From: an uncultured delta proteobacterium | GTDB lineage: Bacteria; Myxococcota_A; Polyangia; Polyangiales; Polyangiaceae | NCBI GenBank assembly: GCA_963806225.1 | Contig: CAWDXG010000004.1 | Span: forward strand, 288,001 to 352,000 | Length of the DNA: 64,000 nucleotides | Reading direction: 5' to 3' | Shown: one piece after another, positions 43,273 to 53,838 of the stretch | Position numbering within the stretch: position 1 is the first letter of the stretch | Layout of the letters: every line of letters starts with the position of its first letter | Position numbers and translations under genes: made by a program | The notes under the pieces: generated by a model | Database searches by the model: none | What the model was told of the DNA's origin: nothing | The model's input: the letters and a program-made list of their open reading frames with translations, nothing else

Positions 43273-44421
43273 TTGCCCGGCTCGCGCGCACTCCTCGTCG
43301 TCGCGGGCGAGCCTTCCGGCGATGCGATGGCCGCACCGGTGGTGTCGCGGCTCGGCGTTCCTTCGTTCGGCATGGGCGGCCCCGCGCTCCGCGACGCAGG
43401 GCTCGAGCGGCTCGTGGATCTCTCGCGCGTCTCGGCCATGGGCTTCGGCGGAGTGCTGGCCCGGGCGCCGGCGATCGTCCGGGCAGGCTTGTGCCTGCTT
43501 CGCGCCGCGCGCCAGCGGCGGCCGCGCGCGGCGCTGCTGGTCGGCTACAGCGAGTTCAATGCCTGGCTGGGTCCGCGACTGAGGCGCCTTGGCATCCGCG
43601 TGCTCTGGTTCAGCCCGCCGCAGATCTGGGCCTGGCGATCGGCGCGCGGCCCGGCGCTGCGCCGTGCTTGTGATCGCATGGCGCTGATCCTGCCGTTCGA
43701 AGAGCCGCTCTGGCGCGCCCTCGGCGCGGATGCGCACTACGTCGGTCATCCCGCGATGGAACACGCGCCGGAGCCGCGCGCCGTGGTGCGCGAGCGCATC
43801 GGACTGACGCCCTGGGCGGAGTGCATCGCCGTCCTGCCCGGCAGCCGCCCGGCCGAGGTCTCGGCTCACCTCGTGCCCATGCTCGATGCGGTCCTCGCTC
43901 TGCGCGAGGAGCGCGGCGCGCTGGACGCGCGCGTGATCCTGGCTCCGGCGCTGCCGCCGCGCTCCGCACGCTGGGCCGCGGAGGTCGCACGCGCGAAAGG
44001 CGTGCCGCTGCTATCCGGCTGGCCGGCGGCCGAAGCGCTGCCCGCGTTCAACATCGCGCTCGCATCGAGCGGCACGGTCACGCTGGAGAGCGCCCTCGCG
44101 GGCGTGCCCCCCGTGATCGTCTACCGCACTGGAAAGTCCGGCGCGTTCATCGCCCGGCGGCTGGTCAGCGTGGAATCGATCGGGCTGCCCAACATCGTGC
44201 TGGGCGAGCGGGCCTTTGTCGAGCTATTGCAGGACGCCGTGACCGCCGAAGCCATGGCCCACGAAGCCCGGCGCCTGCTCGACGCCGGCGACCAGGCGTG
44301 CGTGCCCTGCCGGCGCGTGCGCGAGACGCTCCAGGCCGCGCTCGAGCTCGGCCCGGCTCCTGTCCCCGGCGATGGTCCCTCCGCGCGCGTCGCGCGACTG
44401 CTCGCGCCATGGCTGGACTGA
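43273..44421 (+). CDS. lpxB: Lipid-A-disaccharide synthase
   Basis: VAGEPSGD, PQIWAWR, YVGHP, LPGSR, SSGTVTLE. Confidence 0.93.
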   Translation: MPGSRALLVVAGEPSGDAMAAPVVSRLGVPSFGMGGPALRDAGLERLVDLSRVSAMGFGGVLARAPAIVRAGLCLLRAARQRRPRAALLVGYSEFNAWLGPRLRRLGIRVLWFSPPQIWAWRSARGPALRRACDRMALILPFEEPLWRALGADAHYVGHPAMEHAPEPRAVVRERIGLTPWAECIAVLPGSRPAEVSAHLVPMLDAVLALREERGALDARVILAPALPPRSARWAAEVARAKGVPLLSGWPAAEALPAFNIALASSGTVTLESALAGVPPVIVYRTGKSGAFIARRLVSVESIGLPNIVLGERAFVELLQDAVTAEAMAHEARRLLDAGDQACVPCRRVRETLQAALELGPAPVPGDGPSARVARLLAPWLD

Positions 44422-46001
44422 GACGACGCATCGAGCGCACCAAGGCCCGGAGCTCCACGCCCGCGCCCGCCCGGAAGCCCCGCCCCGTCGACGCGGACAC
44501 GCTGCGCGTGCTCCGGACCGCGCTGGTGGTCTCGGTGGCACTGTTCATGCTGCGGCTCGCCGTTTCCAGCGGCACTGGTTTCGGCGACGCCGAAGCGCTG
44601 TACGCCAGCTACGCGCTGCACCCGCAGCCGGTCTATCTCGATCACCCCGGGCTGATCGGATTCATCGCGCGCCTGCTCGGCGCGGGCGGCGCCCCGTCGC
44701 CGGCGCGCGCCCACGTCTTCACGACCGTCGTGGCAACACTGTTCCCGTGGCTGGGGGCGCTCGCGGCGCGCGCGGCGGGCGCGTCGTGGCGCGGCGCCTT
44801 CCGCACGGTGATCGGCCTCGCGCTGGTGCCAGAGTTCGCGATCGGGCTGTACGCCTTCGCTCCGGAGCTGCCGCTGGCCGTGGCGTGGATGGGCGCTCTC
44901 GCGCTGGCCGCCGTCGGTCTGCGCGCGAAGCCGGGCAGCAACCGCGCCATGTTCGGCATCCTGGGCGCGGGTGTGCTGGTCGGACTGTCCTGCCTGTCGC
45001 AGGCGAGCGGCGTGCTGCTCGGTCTCGCGCTCTTCATCGCGTTCCTGGCCAAGCCGGGACGCGCCCACTTCCGCACTCCCGCGCCCTGGGTCGCCATGCT
45101 TCTGGTGGGGATCCTGATCGCCCCCGCCGTGCGCTGGGAAGCGCACAACGGCTATCCCCTGCTCCACCACCGCCTGGTCGCCACGCAGGCGCACGCCGGA
45201 CTGTCGCTGCGCAATCTCGGCGCGCTCGTCGGCGGCCAGCTGCTGTACGTCACGCCGCCGTTCCTGATCGCCGCCTGGTTCCTGCTCCGTGACGTGTGGA
45301 AGACGCGCAAGGACGACCCCGTTTCGCACCTGCTCTGGATCGCCACGGTGGTTCCCGGCGCAGCGCTCGTCGTCCTGTGCCTGTGGTCGCGCGTCGCGGA
45401 GCCGCACTGGCTCGCTCCGGCGTACCTGCCGCTCGGTATCCAGCTCGGCCGTTCCGACGTGGTGGGGCGAAAGCTCGCGCTAGGCTCGGTGATCACCGGG
45501 GCGGCCATCGCGGCGCTGGCCTGGGTCTGGATCAAGACGGACCTGCCCATCGAACTGATGGGTTCGCACTACCGCGCACGCTACGACCTGGCGAACGACC
45601 TGTACACCTGGGGCCCGGCGCGGCAGCTGCTCGACGACGCGGTCGAGACCAGCATGATCGACAGCGCGCACCTGCCCGTGGTCGTGGGGCCGCACTGGGT
45701 CGTGTGCGCGCAGGCGCAAGCCGCCGTCGGGAACAAGGTGCCCGTCGGCTGCAACACGCCGATGCGCGACGACTTCGACCGCTGGTATCCGCGCAAGCGC
45801 TGGCTCGACGCGCCCGTCATCCTGTACGTCACGGACAGCCGCTTCCACATCGATCCGGCAAAGGAGCTGCCCAACCGCACCGTCAAGAGCATCAGCCGCG
45901 TCGCGATCCGCCGCGGCGGCCACGTGGTGCGCACCGTTCGCATCATCCGGCTGGACAAGGCCAGCGACGTGGGGCTCCTACACAGACCGACGCGACGCTA
46001 G
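44409..46001 (+). CDS. GT39/ArnT-like membrane glycosyltransferase
   Basis: DAEALY...YLDHPGL followed by many TM segments. Confidence 0.8.
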   Translation: MAGLRRRIERTKARSSTPAPARKPRPVDADTLRVLRTALVVSVALFMLRLAVSSGTGFGDAEALYASYALHPQPVYLDHPGLIGFIARLLGAGGAPSPARAHVFTTVVATLFPWLGALAARAAGASWRGAFRTVIGLALVPEFAIGLYAFAPELPLAVAWMGALALAAVGLRAKPGSNRAMFGILGAGVLVGLSCLSQASGVLLGLALFIAFLAKPGRAHFRTPAPWVAMLLVGILIAPAVRWEAHNGYPLLHHRLVATQAHAGLSLRNLGALVGGQLLYVTPPFLIAAWFLLRDVWKTRKDDPVSHLLWIATVVPGAALVVLCLWSRVAEPHWLAPAYLPLGIQLGRSDVVGRKLALGSVITGAAIAALAWVWIKTDLPIELMGSHYRARYDLANDLYTWGPARQLLDDAVETSMIDSAHLPVVVGPHWVVCAQAQAAVGNKVPVGCNTPMRDDFDRWYPRKRWLDAPVILYVTDSRFHIDPAKELPNRTVKSISRVAIRRGGHVVRTVRIIRLDKASDVGLLHRPTRR

Positions 46002-47347
46002 AGCGATCCCATCTGCATCGGCGCCTCGTCGAAGCCCATGTTCAGGATCGGGCTCCACTCGAGCACGCCGTCGTCGGCGTGGTTCAACAGGCCAATCTGC
46101 AGACCGCGCAGCCGCTTGGCGTGATTGAACAGACCGATCTGCACACCGTTCGCCTTCTCGCTGATGTTGGCCAGGCCGATCTGCACACCGTGCACGGTCT
46201 TCGCATAGTTGGCGGCGCCGATCTGGGCTCCCGTGTGTTCCTCCAGAGCCAGGTTGACCCCGCCGATCTGCGCGCCGTACGAGCGCTCGGCCGCCACGCC
46301 CGCGCCGATCTGCGCGAGCCCGCGGAAGGTCTTCGCGCCCGCGAACACGCCTACCTGCACACCGCCACTGAAGTCGCGGCTGGCATCGACGACGCCCACC
46401 TGCGCGAGCCCGCGAAACGCATTGGCGTAGTTGTTCACGCCGAACTGCCCGAGCGCCCACAGCTCCGTGTCGTCACCGCCATGTTCCTTGTAGAGCTTCT
46501 TGCCCTGGGCGTTGAACGCCCCGATCTGCGCCAGCCCGACGAAGTCGCCCTGCGTGCGGTTGTAGCCGCCGAGCTGGAGCGCACCGGAGAACGAATCGTC
46601 GACGCGGTTGTGACCGCCGATCTGCGTCAACCCGACGAAATCGCCCTGCGAACGATTGTAGGCGCCGAGCTGCAGCGCGCCGCCGAACGAGTCGCCGGCG
46701 CGATTGTAGCCACCGATCTGCACCAGCCCGACGAAGCTCCGCGCGCGGGTGTAGGCCGCGATCTGGAACAGCCCGCGGAAGTCCACGCTCCGGCTGTAGC
46801 CGACCGCGTACTGGCCGAGCCCGTAGAAGTGGCGCGCGCGGTTCTCGCCCAGCGACAGCTGCGTCAGGCCGCCGAAGTCGTCCGACAGGTTCCTGCCGAG
46901 CGACAGCTGGGCCAGGCCGTAGTGGCTGCCCGCGTCGTTGCGGATCAGCGCCAGCGACGCCACGCCGTAGAACCGCTCCGTGCGGCTCTGCGCCGCAGCC
47001 AGCGTGGCCACGCCGATGAACGTGTCGACGTGGGAGCGCAATCCGAGACCCAGCACGTACCAGTTCGACGGTGCGTCACGGGCCACCACGAGGTCGGGTC
47101 GGGGCGAGTAGCAACCCGGGGCGGCGCACTCCCGCCGGTCGACCGGCACGGCGTGATCGCGGTGCTCCGCGGCCTGTCTGTAGCCACCGTTCGACGGCGC
47201 GCCACCCGGCGCGGCTCCCTCGACCATCACCGACGCACCCGCGGGGCGCGTCCCGATATCGTCTTCCGCCGGCGCCTTGGCCGCCGCAGGCGCCGCCAGC
47301 GCCATCCACCCCACCACGTTCAGTGCCACAATTGCCTTGGTTCGCAT
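45998..47347 (-). CDS. Secreted surface protein with GxxQxGxxN repeats (LA_2272-like)
   Basis: Signal peptide; repeated GLAQIG/GVQIGLxN; C-terminal SPILNMGF. Confidence 0.8.
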   Translation of the reverse strand: MRTKAIVALNVVGWMALAAPAAAKAPAEDDIGTRPAGASVMVEGAAPGGAPSNGGYRQAAEHRDHAVPVDRRECAAPGCYSPRPDLVVARDAPSNWYVLGLGLRSHVDTFIGVATLAAAQSRTERFYGVASLALIRNDAGSHYGLAQLSLGRNLSDDFGGLTQLSLGENRARHFYGLGQYAVGYSRSVDFRGLFQIAAYTRARSFVGLVQIGGYNRAGDSFGGALQLGAYNRSQGDFVGLTQIGGHNRVDDSFSGALQLGGYNRTQGDFVGLAQIGAFNAQGKKLYKEHGGDDTELWALGQFGVNNYANAFRGLAQVGVVDASRDFSGGVQVGVFAGAKTFRGLAQIGAGVAAERSYGAQIGGVNLALEEHTGAQIGAANYAKTVHGVQIGLANISEKANGVQIGLFNHAKRLRGLQIGLLNHADDGVLEWSPILNMGFDEAPMQMGSL

Positions 47348-47424
47348 GACCCCCGGAAAACGCCTCGCCGCCCCCCGGCTTACACTCCGTCGCGCCGGAC
47401 GCGCCGGACGCGCCGGACAGCCGT

Positions 47425-47900
47425 CGCGACGGACCGCGTCGGGCGCGACGGACCGCGTCGGGCGCGACGGACCGCGTCGGGCGCGACGGACCGCGTCGGG
47501 CGCGACGGACCGCGTCGGGCGCGACGGACCGCGTCGAGCGCGACGGACCGCGTCGGGCGCGACGGACCGCGTCGGGCGCGACGGACCGCGTCGGGCGCGA
47601 CGGACCGCGTCGAGCGCGACGGACCGCGTCGAGCGCGACGGACCGCGTCGGGCGCGACGGACCGCGTCGGGCGCGACGGACCGCGTCGGGCGCGACGGAC
47701 CGCGTCGGGCGCGACGGACCGCGTCGAGCGCGACGGACCGCGTCGGGCGCGACGGACCGCGTCGGGCGCGACGGACCGCGTCGGGCGCGACGGACCGCGT
47801 CGGGCGCGACGGACCGCGTCGGGCGCGACGGACCGCGTCGAGCGCGACGGACCGCGTCGGGCGCGACGGACCGCGTCGGACGCGACGGACCGCGTCGAGC
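47425..47900. repeat. Tandem 19-bp repeat (G/A)GCGCGACGGACCGCGTCG-like, about 25 copies
   Basis: Visible periodicity; each unit holds a CGACG/CGTCG hairpin. Confidence 0.95.
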
Positions 47901-48042
47901 CCCCCCGCCCGCAGCGGAGCGAGGGCTTGGGGGGCTCGGCCGCCCGCAGCCCGCCAGCGACGACACTGCATCTGCCCAACACCGGGCAGCGCGCGGGCGA
48001 GGACGGACGCAGGGGGGCAACCCCAAGCCCGCCCCGCGATCG

Positions 48043-48600
48043 CCGACATTTCCGGAGACATAACCGGTTATGCCCGACCAGATGTCGCCCTACGGCACCC
48101 CCGCGCCCCCCCGGACGACATTTCCGGAGACATAACCGGTTATGCCCGACCAGATGTCGGCGCGCCGTGTTGTGCCGCGCGCGTCGGACGACACATCCGG
48201 CGACATAACCGGTTATGCCCGACCAGATGTCGCCCTACGGCGCCCCCGCGCCCCCCCGGACGACATTTCCGGAGACATAACCGGTTATGCCCGACCAGAT
48301 GTCGCCCTACGGCGCCCCCGCGCCGACCCGGACGACATTTCCGGAGACATAACCGGTTATGCCCGACCAGATGTCGCCCTACGGCGCCCCCGCGCCGCCC
48401 CGGACGACATTTCCGGAGACATAACCGGTTATGCCCGACCAGATGTCGCCCTACGGCGCCCCCGCGCCGACCCGGACGACATTTCCGGAGACATAACCGG
48501 TTATGCCCGACCAGATGTCGGCGCGCCGTGTTGTGACGGCGCGTCGGGCGACGCATCGGGCGACATAACCGGTTATGCCCGGCGAAATGTCGCCCGACGG
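48043..48600. repeat. REP-like array 1: 8 units, 72-73 bp period, core palindrome CATAACCGGTTATG
   Basis: Core at 48059, 48131, 48204, 48276, 48348, 48420, 48492, 48564. Confidence 0.92.
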
Positions 48601-48639
48601 CGCGCCGCAATGGGCGAGCGCACCCGCCCCGCAATTCGC

Positions 48640-49599
48640 TCAGGCCGGCGGCTGGGCGCGCAGGCCGGCGGCTTCGATCAGGCTCGCGTCCTCGTTGGGC
48701 CCCGGATTGGGCGTGGTGAGCAGCTTGTCGCCGTAGAAGATGCTGTTGGCGCCGGCGTACATGCACATGAGCTGCGCTTCGCGCGGCAGATCGGTGCGGC
48801 CCGCGCTGAGGCGGACCTTCGAGCGCGGCATCATGATGCGCGCCAGCGCGATCATGCGCACGAGCTCGAGCGGATCGATGGGCGGCAATGCGGCGAGCGG
48901 CGTCCCTTCCACACGGACCAGAGCGTTGACAGGAACGCTCTCCGGATGCGGCTCGAGGCGCGCCAGCTCGATCAACATGGCGCAGCGATCGTCGATGCCC
49001 TCGCCCATGCCGATGATGCCGCCGGAGCAGACGGTGATGCCGGCTTCGCGCACGTTCTTCAGCGTTGCCAGGCGCTCGTCGAAGTTCCGCGTGGAGATGA
49101 TCGACTTGTAGTACTCGCGCGAGGTGTCGAGGTTGTGGTTGTAGGACGTGAGCCCTGCTTCCTTGAGCTGCACGGCCTGCTCGGGGCCGAGCATGCCGAG
49201 CGTGACGCAGGCCTCCAGGCCGAGCTCGCGCACGCCGCGCACCATGTCGAGCACGCGCTCGAAGGCCGGGCCGTCCTTCACCTCGCGCCAGGCTGCGCCC
49301 ATGCAGAAGCGCGTGGCGCCGTGCTCTTTCGCCGTGCGCGCCGCGGCGAGCACCTCGTCGACCTTCATCATCGCCTCGCCCTTCACGGGCGCCTTGTGGT
49401 GCGACGACTGCGGGCAGTACGAACAATCCTCCGGACAGCCGCCGGTCTTCACGCTCAGCAAGGTGCACAGCTGCACCTCGTTCACCGGGTGGTGCGCGAC
49501 GTGCACGACGCGCGACCGGTCGATAAGCTGGAAGAGCGGCAGATCGTGGATGGCGCGCACCTCGGCGAGCGTCCAGTCGTGGCGGAGGTCGGTAGACAT
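48640..49599 (-). CDS. bioB: Biotin synthase
   Basis: [45 protein letters not shown]. Confidence 0.97.
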   Translation of the reverse strand: MSTDLRHDWTLAEVRAIHDLPLFQLIDRSRVVHVAHHPVNEVQLCTLLSVKTGGCPEDCSYCPQSSHHKAPVKGEAMMKVDEVLAAARTAKEHGATRFCMGAAWREVKDGPAFERVLDMVRGVRELGLEACVTLGMLGPEQAVQLKEAGLTSYNHNLDTSREYYKSIISTRNFDERLATLKNVREAGITVCSGGIIGMGEGIDDRCAMLIELARLEPHPESVPVNALVRVEGTPLAALPPIDPLELVRMIALARIMMPRSKVRLSAGRTDLPREAQLMCMYAGANSIFYGDKLLTTPNPGPNEDASLIEAAGLRAQPPA

Positions 49600-49681
49600 C
49601 GGAGCGCTGTATACCAGATGCGCGGGCGCGGGGTGTTCGGGTATTTCGCGCGGCACCGCACGCTTCGCGGCGTGCACGCTG

Positions 49682-50470
49682 CTACGCGGCGCGCAGACGG
49701 CGGAATCGTGGCGCAGTGCGCAGACGCTCGTCGCCGAGACAGAGCAGCCCGGCGCGAAGCAGCTCCGGCGCGGGTCGCCGCGTCCAGCGCGTGACCGTGT
49801 CGGGCGAGATTCCGAGCTCCGCAGCGATGACGCGGCGCGGATGACCCACGTGCGCCGCGACGAGAGCGAACAGCCTGCGCCGGGTTACGTCCTCCGTCGC
49901 GGCGCAGCTCACGGCCCGCGCAATCTCGTCGAGCGTGCCCCCGGTCGCGAGAAGCGGCAGCGGCGAGCCGTCGACCGCGACGCTGGGGTCGGACGAGACG
50001 TAGCGGTGGAACCACTCCACGAACCCCTCGTCGGGACGACCGAGCGCAACAGCGAGTTCCACCGGCGTCACCCACGGATCGGCGCGCGCGCCGATCACGT
50101 CGCGATGGGTCGACCACAGCCAGCTCGCCGGGTCGCCCACGAAGCCCGCGCGCACGGGGTTCAGGAGCGCGTAGCGCATCTGCCGCTCGAGCTTGTCGTC
50201 GCCCAGCACCGGAAGCGGCGGCGGCACGGGCTGCCACTGCGGACCGGCGCCGAGCTCCCGCGCGAACGCACCGAGCTGATAGCCGACCAACCGCCGCAGA
50301 GCGTCCGCCGAAGCTGCGTGCACCAACACGTGCAGATGATCCGGCATGAGGCACGCCGCCAAGACGTGCTCGAACATGCGCCGCAGCCGCCACCACAACG
50401 CCCAGCAAGCATCCGCATCGGACAGCGGGCGGCGGGCTGCAGCGGCATGAGCGGTGACATGGAAGACCAT
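49682..50470 (-). mobile_element. REP-associated tyrosine transposase-like (RAYT/TnpA-REP, Y1 HUH) with a C-terminal HTH
   Basis: FHVT, CLMPDHLH, RYALLNPVRAG, PASWLWST; GGGAGG RBS; REP-like arrays on both sides. Confidence 0.85.
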
Positions 50471-50664
50471 GTCCTCCCATCGGTCTCGCGCGAGCGGAGT
50501 TGCGTTCCAACGCGCTGACAGCTCTTCTTGGGTTGCCCCCCACGCGCCACGTCGATTCACGATGCGCCGTGCTCGCTGCCGCTGCGCGCGGCGCAGGGCC
50601 CCCAAACCCGGCCGCTCCGCGCCCGGCCGGGGGCCCACGCCGTCACAACGTCACAACACGGTGA

Positions 50665-51432
50665 GCCGACACTTCGACCCCACATAACCGGTTATGTCCC
50701 CGGGATTTGTCGCCCGCGGGGGCGCAGGAGCGCCGTAGGGCGACATTTCGCCGAGCATAACCGGTTATGTCCCCGGATTTGTCGCCCGCGGGGGCGCGGG
50801 GGCGCCGTAGGGCGACATTTCGCCGAGCATAACCGGTTATGTCCCCGGAATTGTCGCCCGCGGCGCCCTGGCGCGGCAGCAGGCCGACACTTCGGCCCCA
50901 CATAACCGGTTATGTCCCCGGATTTGTCGCCCGCGGCGCCCTGACGCGGCAGCAGGCCGACACTTCGGCCCCACATAACCGGTTATGTCCCCGGAATTGT
51001 CGCCCGCGGCGCCCTGACGCGGCAGCAGGCCGACACTTCGGCCCCACATAACCGGTTATGTCCCCGGATTTGTCGCCCGCGGGGGCGCGGGGGCGCCGTA
51101 GGGCGACATTTCGCCGAGCATAACCGGTTATGTCCCCGGATTTGTCGCCCGCGGGGGCGCGGGAGCGCCGTAGGGCGACATTTCGCCGAGCATAACCGGT
51201 TATGTCGCCGGATTTGTCGCCCGCGGCGCCCTGACGCGGCAGCAGGCCGACACTTCGGCCCCACATAACCGGTTATGTCCCCGGATTTGTCGCCCGCGGG
51301 GGCGCGGGGGCGCCGTAGGGCGACATTTCGCCGAGCATAACCGGTTATGTCCCCGGATTTTTCGCCCGCGGCGCCCTGGCGCGGCAGCAGGCCGACACTT
51401 CGGCCCCACATATCCGGTTATGTCCCCGGGAA
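50665..51432. repeat. REP-like array 2: 11 units of two interspersed types
   Basis: CATAACCGGTTATG core every 72-73 bp from 50683 to 51409 (last one variant). Confidence 0.92.
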
Positions 51433-51437
51433 TTGTC

Positions 51438-51995
51438 GCGCGCTTCGCCCCACGCGCTTCGCCCCACGCGCTTCGCCCCACGCGCGTCGCCCCACGCGCG
51501 TCGCCCCACGCGCGTCGCCCCACGCGCTTCGCCCCACGCGCGTCGCCCCACGCGCTTCGCCCCACGCGCTTCGCCCCACGCGCGTCGCCCCACGCGCGTC
51601 GCCCCACGCGCGTCGCCCCACGCGCGTCGCCCCGCGCGCTTCGCCCCGCGCGCTTCGCCCCGCGCGCGTCGCCCCACGCGCTTCGCCCCGCGCGCTTCGC
51701 CCCACGCGCGTTCGCCCCACGCGCTTCGCCCCACGCGCTTCGCCCCACGCGCTTCGCCCCACGCGCGTCGCCCCACGCGCTTCGCCCCACGCGCTTCGCC
51801 CCACGCGCTTCGCCCCACGCGCTTCGCCCCGCGCGCTTCGCCCCGCGCGCTTCGCCCCGCGCGCTTCGCCCCGCGCGCTTCGCCCCACGCGCTTCGCCCC
51901 ACGCGCTTCGCCCCACGCGCGTCGCCCCGCGCGCTTCGCCCCGCGCGTCGCCGCGCGCGCGTCGCCCCGCGCGCTTCGCCCCGCGCGTCGCCGCA
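51438..51995. repeat. Tandem 14-bp repeat CGCGC(T/G)TCGCCCC(A/G), about 39 copies
   Basis: Visible periodicity. Confidence 0.93.
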
Positions 51996-52007
51996 CACAA
52001 TCGCGCG

Positions 52008-53087
52008 CTAGAACCCGATCGCCAGCCGCGCCGTCTCGCGATCCAGCCGCCCCGCGGTCATCAGCTTGCGGACGCTCATCTCGAAGGTCTGCATGCCGTA
52101 GGGATGCTCCCCCTGCTCCATCAGCTCCTTGAGCGAGGGATTGCCGACCGGACGCTTGATGCTCTCGCGCACCGAGCCCGTGGCGACCAGCACTTCCGCG
52201 GCGAGCACCACGCCCTGCGTGTCGGCGCGGGGTAGCAGCCGGTGCGCGATAACGCCCTGGAACACGTCGCCCAGGCGCTCGCGCAGATCCTCGGGGTCGC
52301 CCTCTGCCAGAGCGATGATGCGATTCATGGTGCGCGCCACGTCCGGCGTGTGCAGCGTGCTGAGCACGAGGTGCCCCGTCTCGGCCGCCTTGAGCGCGAT
52401 CTCCATCGTCTCCGGGTCGCGGATCTCGCCCACCTGGATCACATCGGGGTCCTGCCTCAGCGATGCTCGCAGCGCGCTGGCGAAGCTGTGCGTGTCGAGG
52501 CCGATCTCGCGCTGGCTGATCGAGCAGTGATCGTCGGTGTGCAGGTACTCGATCGGGTCCTCGATGGTGATGATGTGGCGGGACATGTTGTGGTTCATGT
52601 GCCCGACCATCGCCGCCAGCGTGCTGCTCTTGCCGTTGCCCGCCGCGCCGACGCACAGCACCAATCCGCGATCCTTCTCCGCGAGGTCCAGACACGCCGA
52701 GGGCGACCCGAGCTCCTCGAAGGTCGGCACGTCGAACGGGATGATGCGCATCACGATCGCGAGCGTGCCGCGCTGCCGGTAGACATTGACGCGGAAGCGC
52801 CCGACGCCGGGCACGGCGTACGACGTGTCGTACTCGTCCAGCGAACCGAGCTTGTCCAGCACCTCCGGGTCCTTGATCAGGTGCCGTGCGACGGCCTCGG
52901 TGTCCTGCGGCTTGATCTTGTCGACCCTGAAGTAGACCAGCGACTCGCGCACGCGCGCCCCCGGCGGCTGCCCCACCTTCAGATGCACGTCGCGCGCCCC
53001 CGCCGCCGACGCCTTGCCAAGCAGCTGATGGAGATACTGCTCGGAGGCGTAGGGATTGCCGGTATTGCCGGGCGCCAGGCTGACCAC
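52008..53087 (-). CDS. pilT: PilT/PilU family type IV pilus ATPase
   Basis: GAAGNGKSST, TIEDPIE, LRQDPDVI, AAETGHLVLSTLHT; start position uncertain. Confidence 0.88.
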   Translation of the reverse strand: MVSLAPGNTGNPYASEQYLHQLLGKASAAGARDVHLKVGQPPGARVRESLVYFRVDKIKPQDTEAVARHLIKDPEVLDKLGSLDEYDTSYAVPGVGRFRVNVYRQRGTLAIVMRIIPFDVPTFEELGSPSACLDLAEKDRGLVLCVGAAGNGKSSTLAAMVGHMNHNMSRHIITIEDPIEYLHTDDHCSISQREIGLDTHSFASALRASLRQDPDVIQVGEIRDPETMEIALKAAETGHLVLSTLHTPDVARTMNRIIALAEGDPEDLRERLGDVFQGVIAHRLLPRADTQGVVLAAEVLVATGSVRESIKRPVGNPSLKELMEQGEHPYGMQTFEMSVRKLMTAGRLDRETARLAIGF

Positions 53088-53125
53088 GGCCGGATAGTAG
53101 CCGGCTTCGAACCGATTTTCGCGAT

Positions 53126-53719
53126 CTAGAGCCGCTCGCGCAGCATGGCCCGCGCGCTCGCCGCGAGATCCCGCTCGTGGGGCGTTAGATCGGCGTTCTT
53201 TTCCAGCCTTTCGAGCACCGGAGCGCAGCTCCGCATGCCTTCCGGATCGAGCGCCTCGACGGGCCGCGGGGGCTCGGCGATCACGGCCTGAATCGCGCCG
53301 AGGACGGGGGCGATCTGCCGCGGCGCGCCATCGCGCAGGATCCGGCACAGCCGCGGCAACGCGAGCTCCGCGTCGTGCGCGCCCGGCAGCGCGCGCAGTG
53401 CCGTCAGTGCCAGCGTGCCCCCCGCCTCCACGCCCTGCATGAGCCCGGCCGCGCCCTCGCGCTCGGCCAACCGCTGCAGATCGATCGCGGCACCGCCGGC
53501 CGCCTGCTTCCAGAGCTTGTCCTTCGCGAGCGGCGTCGGCTGGTGGGGCGGACCGGGCCGCAGATCCGGCACCGGCCCACCCGTCGCTCCAGGCCTGGCG
53601 GGTGCGTTTCTTGCAGCTGCCGGCGCACCGATCGGGCCGGCGCCAGCGTGTTGCTGGCTGTGACAGCCGGCAAGCGCCGGCGCCACGGCGATCCAGAGCC
53701 AGCACAGGGAGCGCGACAC
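53126..53719 (-). CDS. Hypothetical lipoprotein
   Basis: ALAGC lipobox, helical body. Confidence 0.6.
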   Translation of the reverse strand: MSRSLCWLWIAVAPALAGCHSQQHAGAGPIGAPAAARNAPARPGATGGPVPDLRPGPPHQPTPLAKDKLWKQAAGGAAIDLQRLAEREGAAGLMQGVEAGGTLALTALRALPGAHDAELALPRLCRILRDGAPRQIAPVLGAIQAVIAEPPRPVEALDPEGMRSCAPVLERLEKNADLTPHERDLAASARAMLRERL

Positions 53720-53838
53720 CGCCCGAGCTTCTACGCGGGTCTGTCCCACCGGGCAAATCCGCGATCGGTGGCGGCGCCGACCCGGCCGGGCTATTCCCCG
53801 GCGGGGACGAACAGACCGCGTGTGGAGGGACCCGCTTG